From the NCBI GenBank assembly GCA_050575255.1, contig JBNZDD010013610.1:1162366-1226365 (forward strand): DNA of 64,000 bases, read 5' to 3'. Below, in pieces: positions 44,301 through 56,863 of the stretch (position 1 is its first letter; each line of letters opens with the position of its first letter). The DNA comes from Harriotta raleighana. Lineage: Eukaryota. The translations under genes and the position numbers were made by a program. The notes beneath the pieces were generated by a model. The model was not told the DNA's origin. It saw only the letters and a program-made list of their open reading frames with translations, and did not search any database.

Positions 44301-47300
44301 AAGAATAATTGTAAAGTAACACCTATTACAGATAGTTAACTTCCTTTAGCATCTGAATTACCATATTCAGAGGTGTTAAGAGGCCAAGGCATTCTGCTCC
44401 TGCCTATTTCTTTTGAACAAATTTCCACATCAATTTATTCTGAGTAAACAAAGGTGCAAACCAATTCCTTTTTATGCAAAAGGACCAATCACAACAATAT
44501 AAACAAGTTCAAAATATATGCTCTCTACCCAAATAGATGTTTAATGTGGATCTGGGCTAAAATCCCCAAAATATTTATTGAAGGAATGATGAATGTTTGA
44601 AAATATCTACCGAGAAAGGTAAAAGTGACCAAAACAGTCAGGGTTATTCAAAGTACAATTTGGACCTAAGATTTGAGGCTTAATGAACCAAAGGGATGAG
44701 TTTTGGTGAGTGTACTAATTGGCAATCTCATCTCAATGTTTCTTGAAGAATGATTTCTGATAATAAAAGTTTAAGTTTAATGAATAATACATTCTGATCC
44801 AATCGTTTAATAAAGCATCAATGCTTAGTAATGTCACGTTGGATTTGATTGGACTTTTGAATAACTTTTCCAGGGACTGAGGCGGGTGCCGAGGCAGCTA
44901 AGAACAATGTGATGAAGGAACTGGGGAAAGTGACTGATATTGTATCATCCTTGGGGTTCAGCTGGTGGCAAGGGGGCCCTCCCCACACTCAGTCAGTAGA
45001 GGAGCTGCACAAGGTAAGAGCCAGAACCCAAACCTTCAACCTTGAGATATCGAACTTTGTTGTACATTAGTTGATTTCACCACTTTCCAATCCCGTATCG
45101 TTGTTCTGTTTGTGACATTATGAGCTTTGTTAAGGCTCCTTCCAAAGAAGCCAGAGTGGCACAAGGTATAATAGAGATATATAATAGAGGTATAATAGGT
45201 TTAAATATTGTTCTAGCTCGTATTAGTGAAGATGAGTCACAGCGCATTAACTTTTATTACAATGCTTGACATCAGAAGTTCTTTAAAGGACCAATTTGGC
45301 AGCATGCGCTTTGATTACAAGCCAGCTGAAAACCATTTCCCTGTTGATGCCAGGTCAGAGAGCTAAGCCTTTGTTGTTGAGCCACTTTTCTGGTGATTGC
45401 AACAGCAAAGTTTGTGTCAATTGTCCCCTTGTTAATAACCTCATTAAATGAAATCATTTTTTATGATTTGTTCTAAAATGTTCAAATGCCTTTGTTGCAA
45501 TCACACAAGGTTTGAGAGTCTAATGGTGATTTGGCTGCTTAATTTAGTTTGACTGATTTCATTAGCTATCTTGTTTAAATAAGCAATATTGGTTTGCATG
45601 GTTGCTTTCCTCCTGTGCGAAATACCAGCTCAGATTTCTGTTTTTAACTCGTATGTCTTTCCCAGATTAAATGAAGCAATCATTGTCATTTACACATTTT
45701 GTTGGTAAGATCACACTAAATCTATTAGGTGTGTCTGACAGCTCTTTTCATTGAATTATAGTTTTTAATATCATTTAATGATCCCCTCCCAACCAAAGAA
45801 CATTATTTTAGTTAGAACACGTACAGGAGCCTACCCGGGAGTCTGTAAACTCAACACGTTGTCATGGTGCTAACATAACACATTATCCTGCAGGTGCTGA
45901 ACACCCTATTGCTAAGCACTTTTACATCCTGGAAGGCATTCTTTCCTCTGGTTAAGGATGACCCTAATGCATCGTACACATTTGTAACTGGTGAGTAGAC
46001 AGCTTCTGTTTTCTCCTGACATGAAAAGCGCTATCTATACAAGTGTAATTTTGTTATTGTTGTTTTACGTAATCACCTGACCACCGGGTATAGACAACTT
46101 TAACATTAACCTCACCAATTGATTGATATTTCCACAAGAAGTTTAACAATAATAATAATCCTTGCATTTGATCTAGTGCTTTTTCACATCTTCTAGACAT
46201 CTCAAAGCGCTTCACAGAATATTCCGTAAAGTGAATTGATTGTATATTTGTGGGAGAAACGCAGAAGCCAATTGCACACAACAATGTCCCACAAACAGAT
46301 ATGGATTGAAATAAACAATTTATTATAGATTTTTTGGGACGTATTATTATTAGGCATATGGAGTAAGGATTATTAGGGAGTAAGGAAACTCGCCCAAGGT
46401 TTTGCCCCGACCTGCCTGGATTCGAAATGCAGGTCTCACGCTTGTAAGACGAGTGTTCTAACCAGTAAGCTACAGGACTTTACTTGTGTTTACACCTCTG
46501 GAGCAGAATCCCATGATATTTACTGAAGGCAAGTTCCCATACAGCGTTAACCTGTAATAAACAAGCAGAGTGATGGGCTGCCTTGCCAAATCAGTTGAGT
46601 TCAGATCCACTGGAATCATATTCTAGTTATTAATTATTCTCAAAGCACTTCACAGGATATACTACCGAGAATTTTAGCTGGCTTTCACCTACCGTGACCA
46701 ACTATTTACCTAGTGATTTGGGTGTTTTGCATATTTTTTGTGGCGATTTGCTTTGTGGCATTTCATAGTCAAATCAGCTTGCCGATCAACAACCCTGCAA
46801 TACAAGTGAAGCAGCTATGCTCCTGGCAGTTGGCAGTGCTCTCACCTCTTTCTGCTCTGCACAGAACAAAAAACATTGCAACCAGTGTAACAAGGTGAAA
46901 TTGGGTAGAGTACCTCAACAGAGCTAAAGAGTGCTAGTTTGCGGTGTTGCATCTGGTTGTAACATGTAGCCAAGTACCAGGCACACGCTGAGAGAGAATC
47001 CAGTAATGTACAGACTGGATACTATAATGGGCCTGACCATTGCTACTGTCAAGAAATAAATTCATGCACACCATTGAAGTAACCATTTTGCTGAAAAGTG
47101 CTCACAGTGCCAGTTTCAAATCATCAACCTCAACAAAGGTTATTGCAATATGGATATGTAATAATAATAATGCTTGCATTTGATACAGCACTTTTCATGT
47201 CTTCTGGACGTCTCAAAGAGCTTCACAGAGTATACTGTAAAGTGAATTGACTATATATTTGTGGGCAAAAATGCGGCAGCCAATTGCACATAGTAGTGTC

Positions 47301-50300
47301 CCACAAACAGTCGTGATAGAACTGACCAATTTTGTTATTTTTTTCGGAGGGATTAATATTATTATGTGCAGGAAACATACCCAGTTTATAGAAGTGACCC
47401 AACTTCTAGACACTGATATATTCACCTCCAAAATGCACAGTGGCAGTCTATTCTGTGAAGTGCTTTGAGATGACCTCCAAATGTGAAAGGTGAAAGGTGC
47501 TGTATCAAATTATATTCTATTGTTGACCTCTTGGATATGAGACGTCATTTAGATGACTGATATAGCCTTCGTTGTTTACAAGATATAATTCACTTGTTGT
47601 CTTCTCAGCCATGATTAGGAGTAAAATCGTAGCAGCTGAAACAATTATTTATGAAATTCATGACTTCAAGTTGAGGCTCAGTGCCCATAGCATTCCATTA
47701 ATTTTGCTTTGAACTCACCAGTGACTCATACACAGTGTGCTCTAACAATATGGTCTCTTTTATCACTTTACTAAGTTTTGCACACGATGATCTGAATCTC
47801 TTATTTGCATTATTAACCATTAGTGACATCAGACACTTCACAGGCTGAAAAACAGCTGAATGTTTCTACACCCAATTATTCCTTATCATGTGAAGGACCG
47901 GAATAATTAAAAAGGTTAGGTTAAAATGAATCATAAATCAAAATACTATTTGTCACAGCTGAAGGGTAACTCCCACATTGCTTAGGGCAGAATGACGGTA
48001 AGGCTCATTGTGCTATGTGACAGTGGCATGCAGGTCTGGGCTGGCAGTCCTCTGTACAGTAGTATGTTTTGATCCCAATCTAAGCAGCGACAGGTCTTTT
48101 ATAACATTAAAAATGCGCCTTGAGCTCACTCTATACCACTCCAATAAACTGCTCATTTGTTAGCTAGAGTTGAGTTTTGACAAGGCACTAGTAAAAAGGA
48201 AAGTGTGAATATTGCACATACATATGTTTGAGGTTTTGGGGGGAGGGGTCTCATTAACTTGTTCAATCAACCCGTTACCCTCTATTCCTTGGGGCAGTGT
48301 ACAGTACATAGAAATATTTACTGCTAGTGGCACAAACAGCTCAAAGTACATGACTTCCCAGCACCGCAGAACATTTTTGCTGATGATGGAACGTTGTCGA
48401 GGCTGATATGTTGATACTGGAACACATGTTGACAGTCTTCTTAATCAGATTGAACATATAATAGTTATCCAATTCGAAACCTTCCAATACATTCAGTACT
48501 CTTGCAGTGCATCTGCCTTCTATTACTAAAGCAATTTCTTTAATCAAAGAGTGAAATGCTACAAGTCATCATAATTTAATAATTAAGGTGTGATTGAATC
48601 TGTTGCTTCGTTTTACAGTTTGGTAAATTAGACTGCAAAAACTTCTGTAATTGTGTATATTTCAAATCCTTTTATTATGGCAACTAGTATTTTCATTATA
48701 ACCAATCTGCTTTATCCTGAAGTTCAGATTGCAGAGTACGGCTTTGAAGATTTCCACCATTGCATGATGTCCGTGACTTTAATAACTCTGGATTGTTGCC
48801 AATGATTCAATCTTACGCTGTAGTGGTGCACATCTCAGGAAATCAGCCAAAAGATGTACGATACGGAAAACGATTACTCAGACACGTAATATCAAGAGCT
48901 GGCATATTTTTGTGTGGTTCAAAGAGTATGTACTTTTAACTTAAATTAGCAGTTTAACCAAAGAAGGAAACTACTTCGTTATTGGATGAATGAATACATG
49001 ACTTGATAATTGCAACCTAAAGGCGCAAGTGGAAATCAGTTATTGGGTCATATTTACCAACTGCCCAATGATTTTGTAAAGTATTGTTTGGGTTCTTCTA
49101 CATGAGGAAGAATGTGATAAAATGCTGAATTTATCATTAAGCCTGAAATTTGATCCTACCCTGATTAAAATGTCTACTTCTTTTATGCCAGTTGTTCTGA
49201 TCCTTTCATCATGCGAGGAGATGAATTGGCATTTACATTTCTCTCGCTCTCTCTGTTTCTGTCTCTGTGTGTCTTAGCCAAATGTCACATTTTATGTTGA
49301 AAGCATATAAACCTGGGAGGTGGATTTGAGGTTATACATTTGAGGAAATAAATGGCAAGAAAAATATCTGTTCGGTATTTCTTAAAAGATGTGCCATCTC
49401 CATCCCTACCGATTGAGCAGAGTTTGTTGGAAACTTTCCAGATATTTACACTTTTACCACGATTTAGCCAAGAACAGGTTTCACTTGAATAAATGTGCAG
49501 CATGGTGTGAGATGGAGGCATGTTTCCCAGGGAATCAACTGTTCTCCACCTATACACGCAATTTCATTTCTCAACATCTCAGACAAACTGAAGGGCAATG
49601 TATTCAGCTGAGGAGTTTGACTCCTGTAGGACTCTGTGTTTGACCCACATTCTTCTCGTTCCGCAGGAGGTGCAGGAGAAAGACTGCTCATGCCAGGCAC
49701 TGGTTTCCTGACTGTGGGGGCGGCGGGGGCTGTGGCGTTCTGTCAGATTATTAGAGAAGAGTATCCTGATGTACCCTGCAAAGTGAACGAGGTAGTGATC
49801 CCTATGAGAACTTCTTAATGTAGAACGGGCGCAACATAAATGCAAGTTGTCGTCGTTGTAGCTCTTGTACTCCACCTGATCAACGAAGGGTAATTGGCCA
49901 TTTAGACTTTGTACACAAATGATTTCAAGCTTAAAGATGAAATAAATTGGCAAAATTCAATTCGCATTCATGCAAGGTTCATACCCACCAACTGCTGGTG
50001 AGTTAGATACCTAATACGTACATATTTGTTACATTTAACTGTTTCCATCTGGCAAGGAGGCAACCAAGAAGATGCTACATCTTTCTTCATCAGAGTCGTT
50101 CAGTGATAATTATAACCCTTCTGGCACGTGTGGCTTGTGCATTTGTGTGCGGCAGGGTTGGGGAATGGGAGTACAATAAAGAAGTAAAGCATTTTTATCA
50201 AGAATAATATTGACAAGAATGTATAAACATAAGGTAGAGAACTCCCGAATGTAAAGGCTGAATTATTTCACTGTATTAGTATTGTGTTACTAAGCACAGG

Positions 50301-50594
50301 TACACAGCCACACTTCTTTAAATCATAACATCCCTTTTTGACATTTGATGTACTTAAGGTGAGAACTTGATATGCTGCCTCGTTAATTTAATAGCTTCCT
50401 TGGTTTCTTTCCGACAGGTGAAGCTTAACTTGGGTGTTGCGACCCCAGACCGGATTGCTCCTGGTTTCGTGAATCACTTGGATGTGGGTGAAGCCATGGC
50501 CACTATATTGGAGAAGAAGTGTGTTTCACATCATGTGATGTGTGTAAACACACCAGCCGACCTCAAAACCCTGATTGTCGAAGGCAAAGTCTAA
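41379..50594 (+). CDS. Uncharacterised atypical short-chain dehydrogenase/reductase (NAD(P)-binding Rossmann fold), 6 exons, 243 aa
   Basis: Exons 41379-41463, 44024-44131, 44874-45013, 45894-45990, 49667-49791, 50418-50594; all GT-AG; 732 nt in frame. MSAADRTVLVLGGAGVVGSGIVKALLEKGCRVAVISRD..LVGDVG..DIVSSLGFSWWQGGP..SYTFVTGGAGERLLMPGTGFLTVGAAGA..KVNEVKL..LIVEGKV*. Poly(A) signal AATAAA at 51361-51366. Confidence 0.9.
42766..43071 (+). mobile_element. tRNA-headed Deu-core SINE (SDR intron 1)
   Basis: Head (diverged), B box GTTCGAATCC, core and (ATT)n tail. Confidence 0.85.
46147..46480 (-). mobile_element. tRNA-headed Deu-core SINE (SDR intron 4)
   Basis: Complete element on minus strand; another partial minus copy at about 47160-47360. 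Confidence 0.85.
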
Positions 50595-52879
50595 CCTTCC
50601 AAACAATGACCGTTGGAATCACTCTCCAAGGGCATGCCAAGGCAACGGTCCATACCACTTGTTTAGCTCAAAGTCTTGTAACAGTATAGTACAGTAGTGT
50701 GCACCTTATTGTAGAGTCAATTATGCGCCTGATCACAACCCAACAAAGAGAGCCCAAGTTTCACATTTAATTACCTGATTGCTCCTTATTAAATGAAAGG
50801 GCAAGCAAGGCAAACTTTAAGTTAATATCTGGCAGTAACTTCGCATGATTTGTTAATAAGTTCTCACCTTTACTCTCAGGAAATTCAAGTTACAAACTAT
50901 TTTATGGACATTTGAGTAAAGTAAATTTGCCTCTATTGATTCTGCTCTTAAGGGAAATTTGCTTTCATCCAGATCAGAAAAATACAATTCTGTATACTAC
51001 TGGTATTTGCTTCAGTGCTGAAATGCATGGATCCACAGTTATTGGGGCTGGTCAGAATTGTTCTGTGCAAATTGACATTGACGATCTAAAACATAAATCA
51101 TCCCTTCACTATTACCTAGCTCCATTACTGAAGCAAATTGCCCACTACTTTAGTCAACCTGTAGGGTATTTGCTGATGACAGTTCTTGAGGTGACTTTTG
51201 TTTAACCAACATTGCATGCACAATGTAGCCAATGAATAATAGGTCTAATTATTGTACTGGTACTCTTTTTGACATTTTCTCTGTAAAATGTAGTTAACAT
51301 TCTCCATTACTTGATGTAAATTGATGTTTTGTTGCAGTTTTAATCAATGTCATTTGTAAAAATAAATATGTTTGTTATTCTAAAATTAAATCAGCCCAGT
51401 CATTCCTAATACAACGTATAACTGGATTAATGATGACGAACAAAGATATGAACCATAAATAAGGTATCTGGGTGTTCCAAAATCATTCCACTTTATATTG
51501 GCAACCACGGGATTCAAATAAGGAAAACCAAATCCCTATTCTGTCCATGTCCTGGCTATTTTCATGGAAAGGAAAATGCTGGAGAAAATTAAAGAGGAAG
51601 GCAGCATGCTCATGACAACATCATTGAGTATGGTTTCACGGTAAAACCACGACTGTGCTTGGCTCTAGGTATATAGGAGTGAAAAGATTTGTTGGATGTT
51701 GATATAATAGTTGACAGATGTAGTCAATTATTAAACATGAAAGATTGATTTGATTGCCCAAACAAGCTGGATGTCAAAATTCCTGACAATAAAACGCAGG
51801 GTCTCAGTCTCGCTCAGCTAGCAGTACTTTTTGCTTCTGATGTTAGAAGTTTGTGTTTGAAGGACCACACCAGGCTTAGGGTCTATATAGTGATTTTCCA
51901 CACTGATTTTCAGGTGGAATACTGAGGGAGCTGGTTGGGCAGAATTACAGGTGAGAAAGTCTCAGAGAGAAAGCAAAATTCTGCCCACAAAGGGGGAAGC
52001 AATGGCATGGGTGTTCCAGCAATGGAAAATCACTGCAAAATTCCAATCAACCGTGGTTTGCAAGGAACAACTGAGGACATCATAAACATATAACGTAACA
52101 TCTTCAGCTGTTTGAAAATCTGCTTTCAATAGTTGTGTTCTGTGACTGAGCCGGAAAGTGAGCCATTTCTTATGAAGATCTGCCAGGCCACACCATTTTT
52201 TTTTCAAATTGTGGGTTTCCGATTTAAATATGTATTTGGACAAATTTCTTTAGTTTGTCTAATTTATATTTTGGCGCTCGCCTTCCGTGACGGTGTGACC
52301 CTGACGTCAGTGTTGCATAAAAAGATTGGGTTCTATTCAGCAAAGGCAGTAATGAATTAACCCTAATAATAATAATCCTTGCATTTGATATGGCACCTTA
52401 TCATGTTATTGAGATATCTCAAAGTGCATCACAGAATATAAACTAAAGTGGATTGACTAAGTATTTTGCAGATGAAATGCAGCAGCCAATTGCGCACAGC
52501 AGTGTGTCACAAACAGTCGTGGATGGAATGAACAAATAATTATTTTTCTTTTCTACCTATATCTATTTATGAGATAACCACAAACAATATTAATGAATCT
52601 GCTGCTCCTTAATAAATACATTGCTCACTTCAAATAATTCCGATTAATTTGCTACTAAGCAAGATGAAGAGTTAGAAATGTGATGTGCGAACAAAACTAA
52701 ACACACTAAAAATCAAAGGGAAATACAGAGGAATGAAATCAGAAAAGAAAGGTAATGTGATAAAATTCTACAGCCTGTGGGGATGTTCCTCCTATTGCTC
52801 TGCAACAAAAAGGCAAAATATTCTGCAGCAAAATATAAGCATCACATCACCAAAACCTGTCCTTATGTTAGCAATGTCA

Positions 52880-53680
52880 ACAGCAACAACAACTTCAATT
52901 TATATAGAGCCTTCCACGCCGGACGGCTCCTCAGAGCGCTTCACAATGGCAGATCCCGGGACCGAGCCAGGGGCAAGGGTAGAAAGGTGGAACTCCTGTG
53001 GCTCAGTGGTTAGAGCACTCGCCTTACAAGCGTGAGACCTGTGATCGAATCCAGGCAGATCAGGGCGAAACCTTGGGCAAGTTTTCTTACTCCACATGCC
53101 TAATAATCCCTCCAAAAAAACCACAATAATAAAACAGTCAACAATCCATGACTGTTTGTGAGACACTGCTTTGCGCAATTGGCTGCCGCATTCCGCCCAC
53201 AAATATACAGTCAATTCACTTTACAGTATATTCTGTGAAGCGCTTTGCGACGTCAATAAGATGTGAAAAGCGCTATATCAAATGCAAGGATTATTATTAT
53301 TATTATTATAAAGGCGCGGTCAAAGAGAAAGGTCTTTAGCTGGGACCTGAAACTGGGAAGGGATGGGGTGAGGCGAAGGGAATGAAGAAGGGAGTTCTGG
53401 AGCCTTAGGGCATAGTGGCTGAAGGCACAGCCACTGAGGGTGGAGCACGGGAACACAGAGGACGCCAGACAGTGGAGCGAAAGCAACGGGTGCTGGTTTG
53501 AGGAGAGAGGACATCAGAGAGGTAGGGGGTGCAGAGGAGTGGAGGGATTTGAAGACAAGGGTGAGGATCTTGAAATCGATCTTCCCAGGGAGAGGGAGCC
53601 AGTGAAGTCTGGCAAGGGCTGGGGTAATGGGGGAGCAAAGTTTGTTGCAGATGAGAATGTGGGTGGCAGATGTCAAGTTC
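52880..53680 (-). mobile_element. L2-type LINE 3' fragment interrupted by a + strand SINE
   Basis: Minus-strand ORFs (ITPALARLHWLP..IDFKILTLVFKSLH; AFSHYALRLQNSL..FRSQLKTFLFD) at 53253-53682; L2 tail resumes at 52880-52988 on the other side of the SINE. Confidence 0.75.
52989..53308 (+). mobile_element. tRNA-headed Deu-core SINE, full length and little diverged
   Basis: GGAACTCCTGTGGCTCAGTGGTTAGAGCACTCGCCTTACAAGCGTGAGACC head, core, GAAAAGCGCTATATCAAATGCAAGG(ATT)6 tail. Confidence 0.9.
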
Positions 53681-56552
53681 AAAATCGATACCAGAAGCCA
53701 TCAAAAGCTATGCCGTGCTGATCGGCTAAGTTTTACTTTGAGTCCATTTGCACAGTAGCGCTTGTTGTTACAAGCAACATGATTTTTTAAACTATATAAT
53801 GAAAACAGTTTCAAGTTCAATCCTTATAGAATTCACCCCATTTGCTATTGCATTGTAAACTTTGGAAAGGTGTTTGCCAGATGCTAGGGTGATTTTTGAA
53901 AATGGTGTCAGTTCTTTAGTCAACTCACGCAAGCTTCTTAACCCTTTCAGTCATTGTAAGTCCAAAAAGCTCACGGTTGAAAATTACTTTCATCTGCCTG
54001 CAACTTACAAGTAATTTAAGATCCATACCCAATCGTGAACATACAACCATTGAAGCTACAATGTTATTATCACAGGATAGTGTGGGCTAATTGAAAATCA
54101 ACCTAATAAAAAATTAAGTTAGACAGTTGCAGTGCTGAATAACACATGTGTTAATAATGAGGACTAGTCTAATATTTTGGAATGCTACAGATTTCAAAAT
54201 ACACTTTAACAATGCCAGGACTTCAGCAAACCACCGGGAAAGGGGAGACTTTCAGCTTGAATTCATTTCCGGAACCTGAGAATATTCTCTCTCTGCCAAT
54301 TTTCGTTCCTCCTCTCCTATCCCGAGGGCATCACACACCTTTTACTTTCTATTGCAAAGGGGTTCCACTGGTCCAGTTCGCCATCCAGTACCATTGCCTC
54401 AGAGGAAATAGTTTCTCCCTATTCACCGAGTCAAAACCCTCATGATCTTGCACACCTCCATCAGATCCTGTCTTAATCTTCCCAGAAACCTGCCACAGTG
54501 ACATTTCGAACCAAAGGAAAGTTATACATTTAAACTGTCTTCTGACAGTGATCAAGCAGAACTGGATTTGCAAATTTGACTGAAGGAGAAGCAGAATAAA
54601 TTATGCAAAAGAATAAGAACTGAAAGCATATTGAATTACCGACTGTATTGTGTGGTTTGTACTCTTAGTAAAAGCTACTGCACTACATCTCAATCGCTTA
54701 AGGTAACAGATTAAAAAAAATCTTGTAACTAATGATGGATGACTTTGGAGTTCTTGCTTCAGCTACAATGTTAGGTTAGCTTTGAATTAATATGGTTTAT
54801 TTTTGTAGGTGCTGTTGTTAACTCTTGCATCAATACATCAAATTGCAAAGATTGTGCCAAAATCATAAATATTTTTCTCTACTACCATCAATGAATCAAA
54901 TAAAAATAAGGATCAAACATTTGTCTTCTGAGTCAGTTCGGAGCTTTACTCAGCGATGGCATGAAATAAATAAGTTAAAGAATGCTGTCCTCCACTATTG
55001 GCTTGACAAATGAGCTGAGTTGAGACTAACATAAGAATGCTTTCATGGATTAAACCACTACCACAACAGCACCAACAAAATTACACTTGCGCCTCTCACA
55101 TCAGGAGGCAGTCCCTTCAACAGTAGTATGACAAGGAGGAGAGAGGGGAAAGATTCCTAAAAATAGTATTTGGTAATAAAGCTTACAAAAAAAAGGAATT
55201 TGAAATCTAAAAGATAATAATGATAAATAACAATAATTATTGCATTTGATATAGCTGTAGATATCCCATTGAGACATCTGAAAGCACTTAGAATCATAGA
55301 AGGTTTCGGCACAGAAGGAGGCCATTCGGCCCATCGAGTCGGTGCTGGCTCTTTGACAGTCACTTTTATTAACCCCAATCACCAGCTTTCTCCCCATAAC
55401 CCTAGAAGCCCGTCTTCCCCAGATACCTATCTAGTTCTCTCAGAATATCCTGTAAAGTGAATTGACTACATACTTTACTGGGCAAAAGATGCCTTTTGAC
55501 AGTGAAGCTCTGATACAGGTAAGCACTATGAGATTCTTTCCCATGAGCATTAACAAATGCAAGTTGTTAATGTAGCAGCAGCAATAAGCATTATCATATC
55601 AATGGCAAACAGGTTGATGGTGGAACAAATTTAGATTTGCCGTTCAGCCATTTATCTCATCTCATCAACTAGCAGGATAGTGCACATGTTGCATCCATTA
55701 CTTTGCGTGTGTTACACAAACTCACAATGTGCTGCTGTAAAAAAAATTCTATTATCATGCCAATTAGCTTTCATCTCCTTCATAACATTTAGCTTTTTTA
55801 TCTTTTAATAATAATAATCCTTGCATTTGATATGGAGCTTTTTACAGCTTCCAGACGTCTGAATTGATGAATTATTTACAAGGGGTTTGAAGTTCAGTGT
55901 CAGTGGATGTTAAAAAGCAATAACAAAAAAACCGTTCAAAGCAATTGGCGATATTTTGACGATATCACTTTAATGATACCGTATTTCAGTCCAAAGGATA
56001 TGCACCCCAAGCACTATGCCACGTAATGCTACAATGAGATGTAAATGTTAACTGTTAACTGAACGCTCTGTTCCAAAGCTTTGCCAGCATGGACATCATT
56101 TATTTTGTTAGAAACATCAATAATTAAGTCTCTCAGAGATAACGCTGGGCATGCCTTAAGAATCAATTAATCAACAGTCTACAGCACATTTCACTTGCCT
56201 GTTAATTCCTTCCACTTTTATTTAAGACTGAGCACAACTCATTCCTTCTGGGAAAATAAATTTAATATCAGCAAATTAAAGTTACAGGCATTTATAACAG
56301 TCCAAACCCCCTTTTTTCTCTAGATATAATTAATATACAGTAGATTCCAGCTTGATTAAAAGATAATAATAATCCATGCATTTGATATGGGCCTTATCAT
56401 GTCTTTAAAATGCTTTGTACATCTACTGTATAGTATACTGTAAAATGAATTGGCTGTAGAGATTTAAAAACACGACTATGATCACTGTACAGTTTTTATA
56501 GTAGTTAAGGCTTATCGAAGACATTTTAGAACCAATGTGCACTCTAAAAAAG

Positions 56553-56863
56553 TAATAATAATAATTCTTGCATTTGATATAGTGCTTTGCACATCTTCTA
56601 GATGTCTCAAAGCGTTTCACAGAATATACTGTAAAGTGAATTGACTATATTTGTGGATGAAATGCAGCAGCCAATTGCAGACAGCAGTGTCCAACAAACA
56701 GCCGTGGATTGAATTGACTAATTTTGTTATTGTTTTTTTCTTGAGGGATTATTACCAGATGTGTGGAGCAAGGAAACTTGCCTAAGGTTTGGCTCTGGCC
56801 GGGAATCAAACCCAAGTTTCTTGCTTGCAAGGTGAATGCTCTATCCACTGAGCTACAGGACTC
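56553..56863 (-). mobile_element. tRNA-headed Deu-core SINE, full length
   Basis: Complete head/core/tail on minus strand. Confidence 0.86.
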
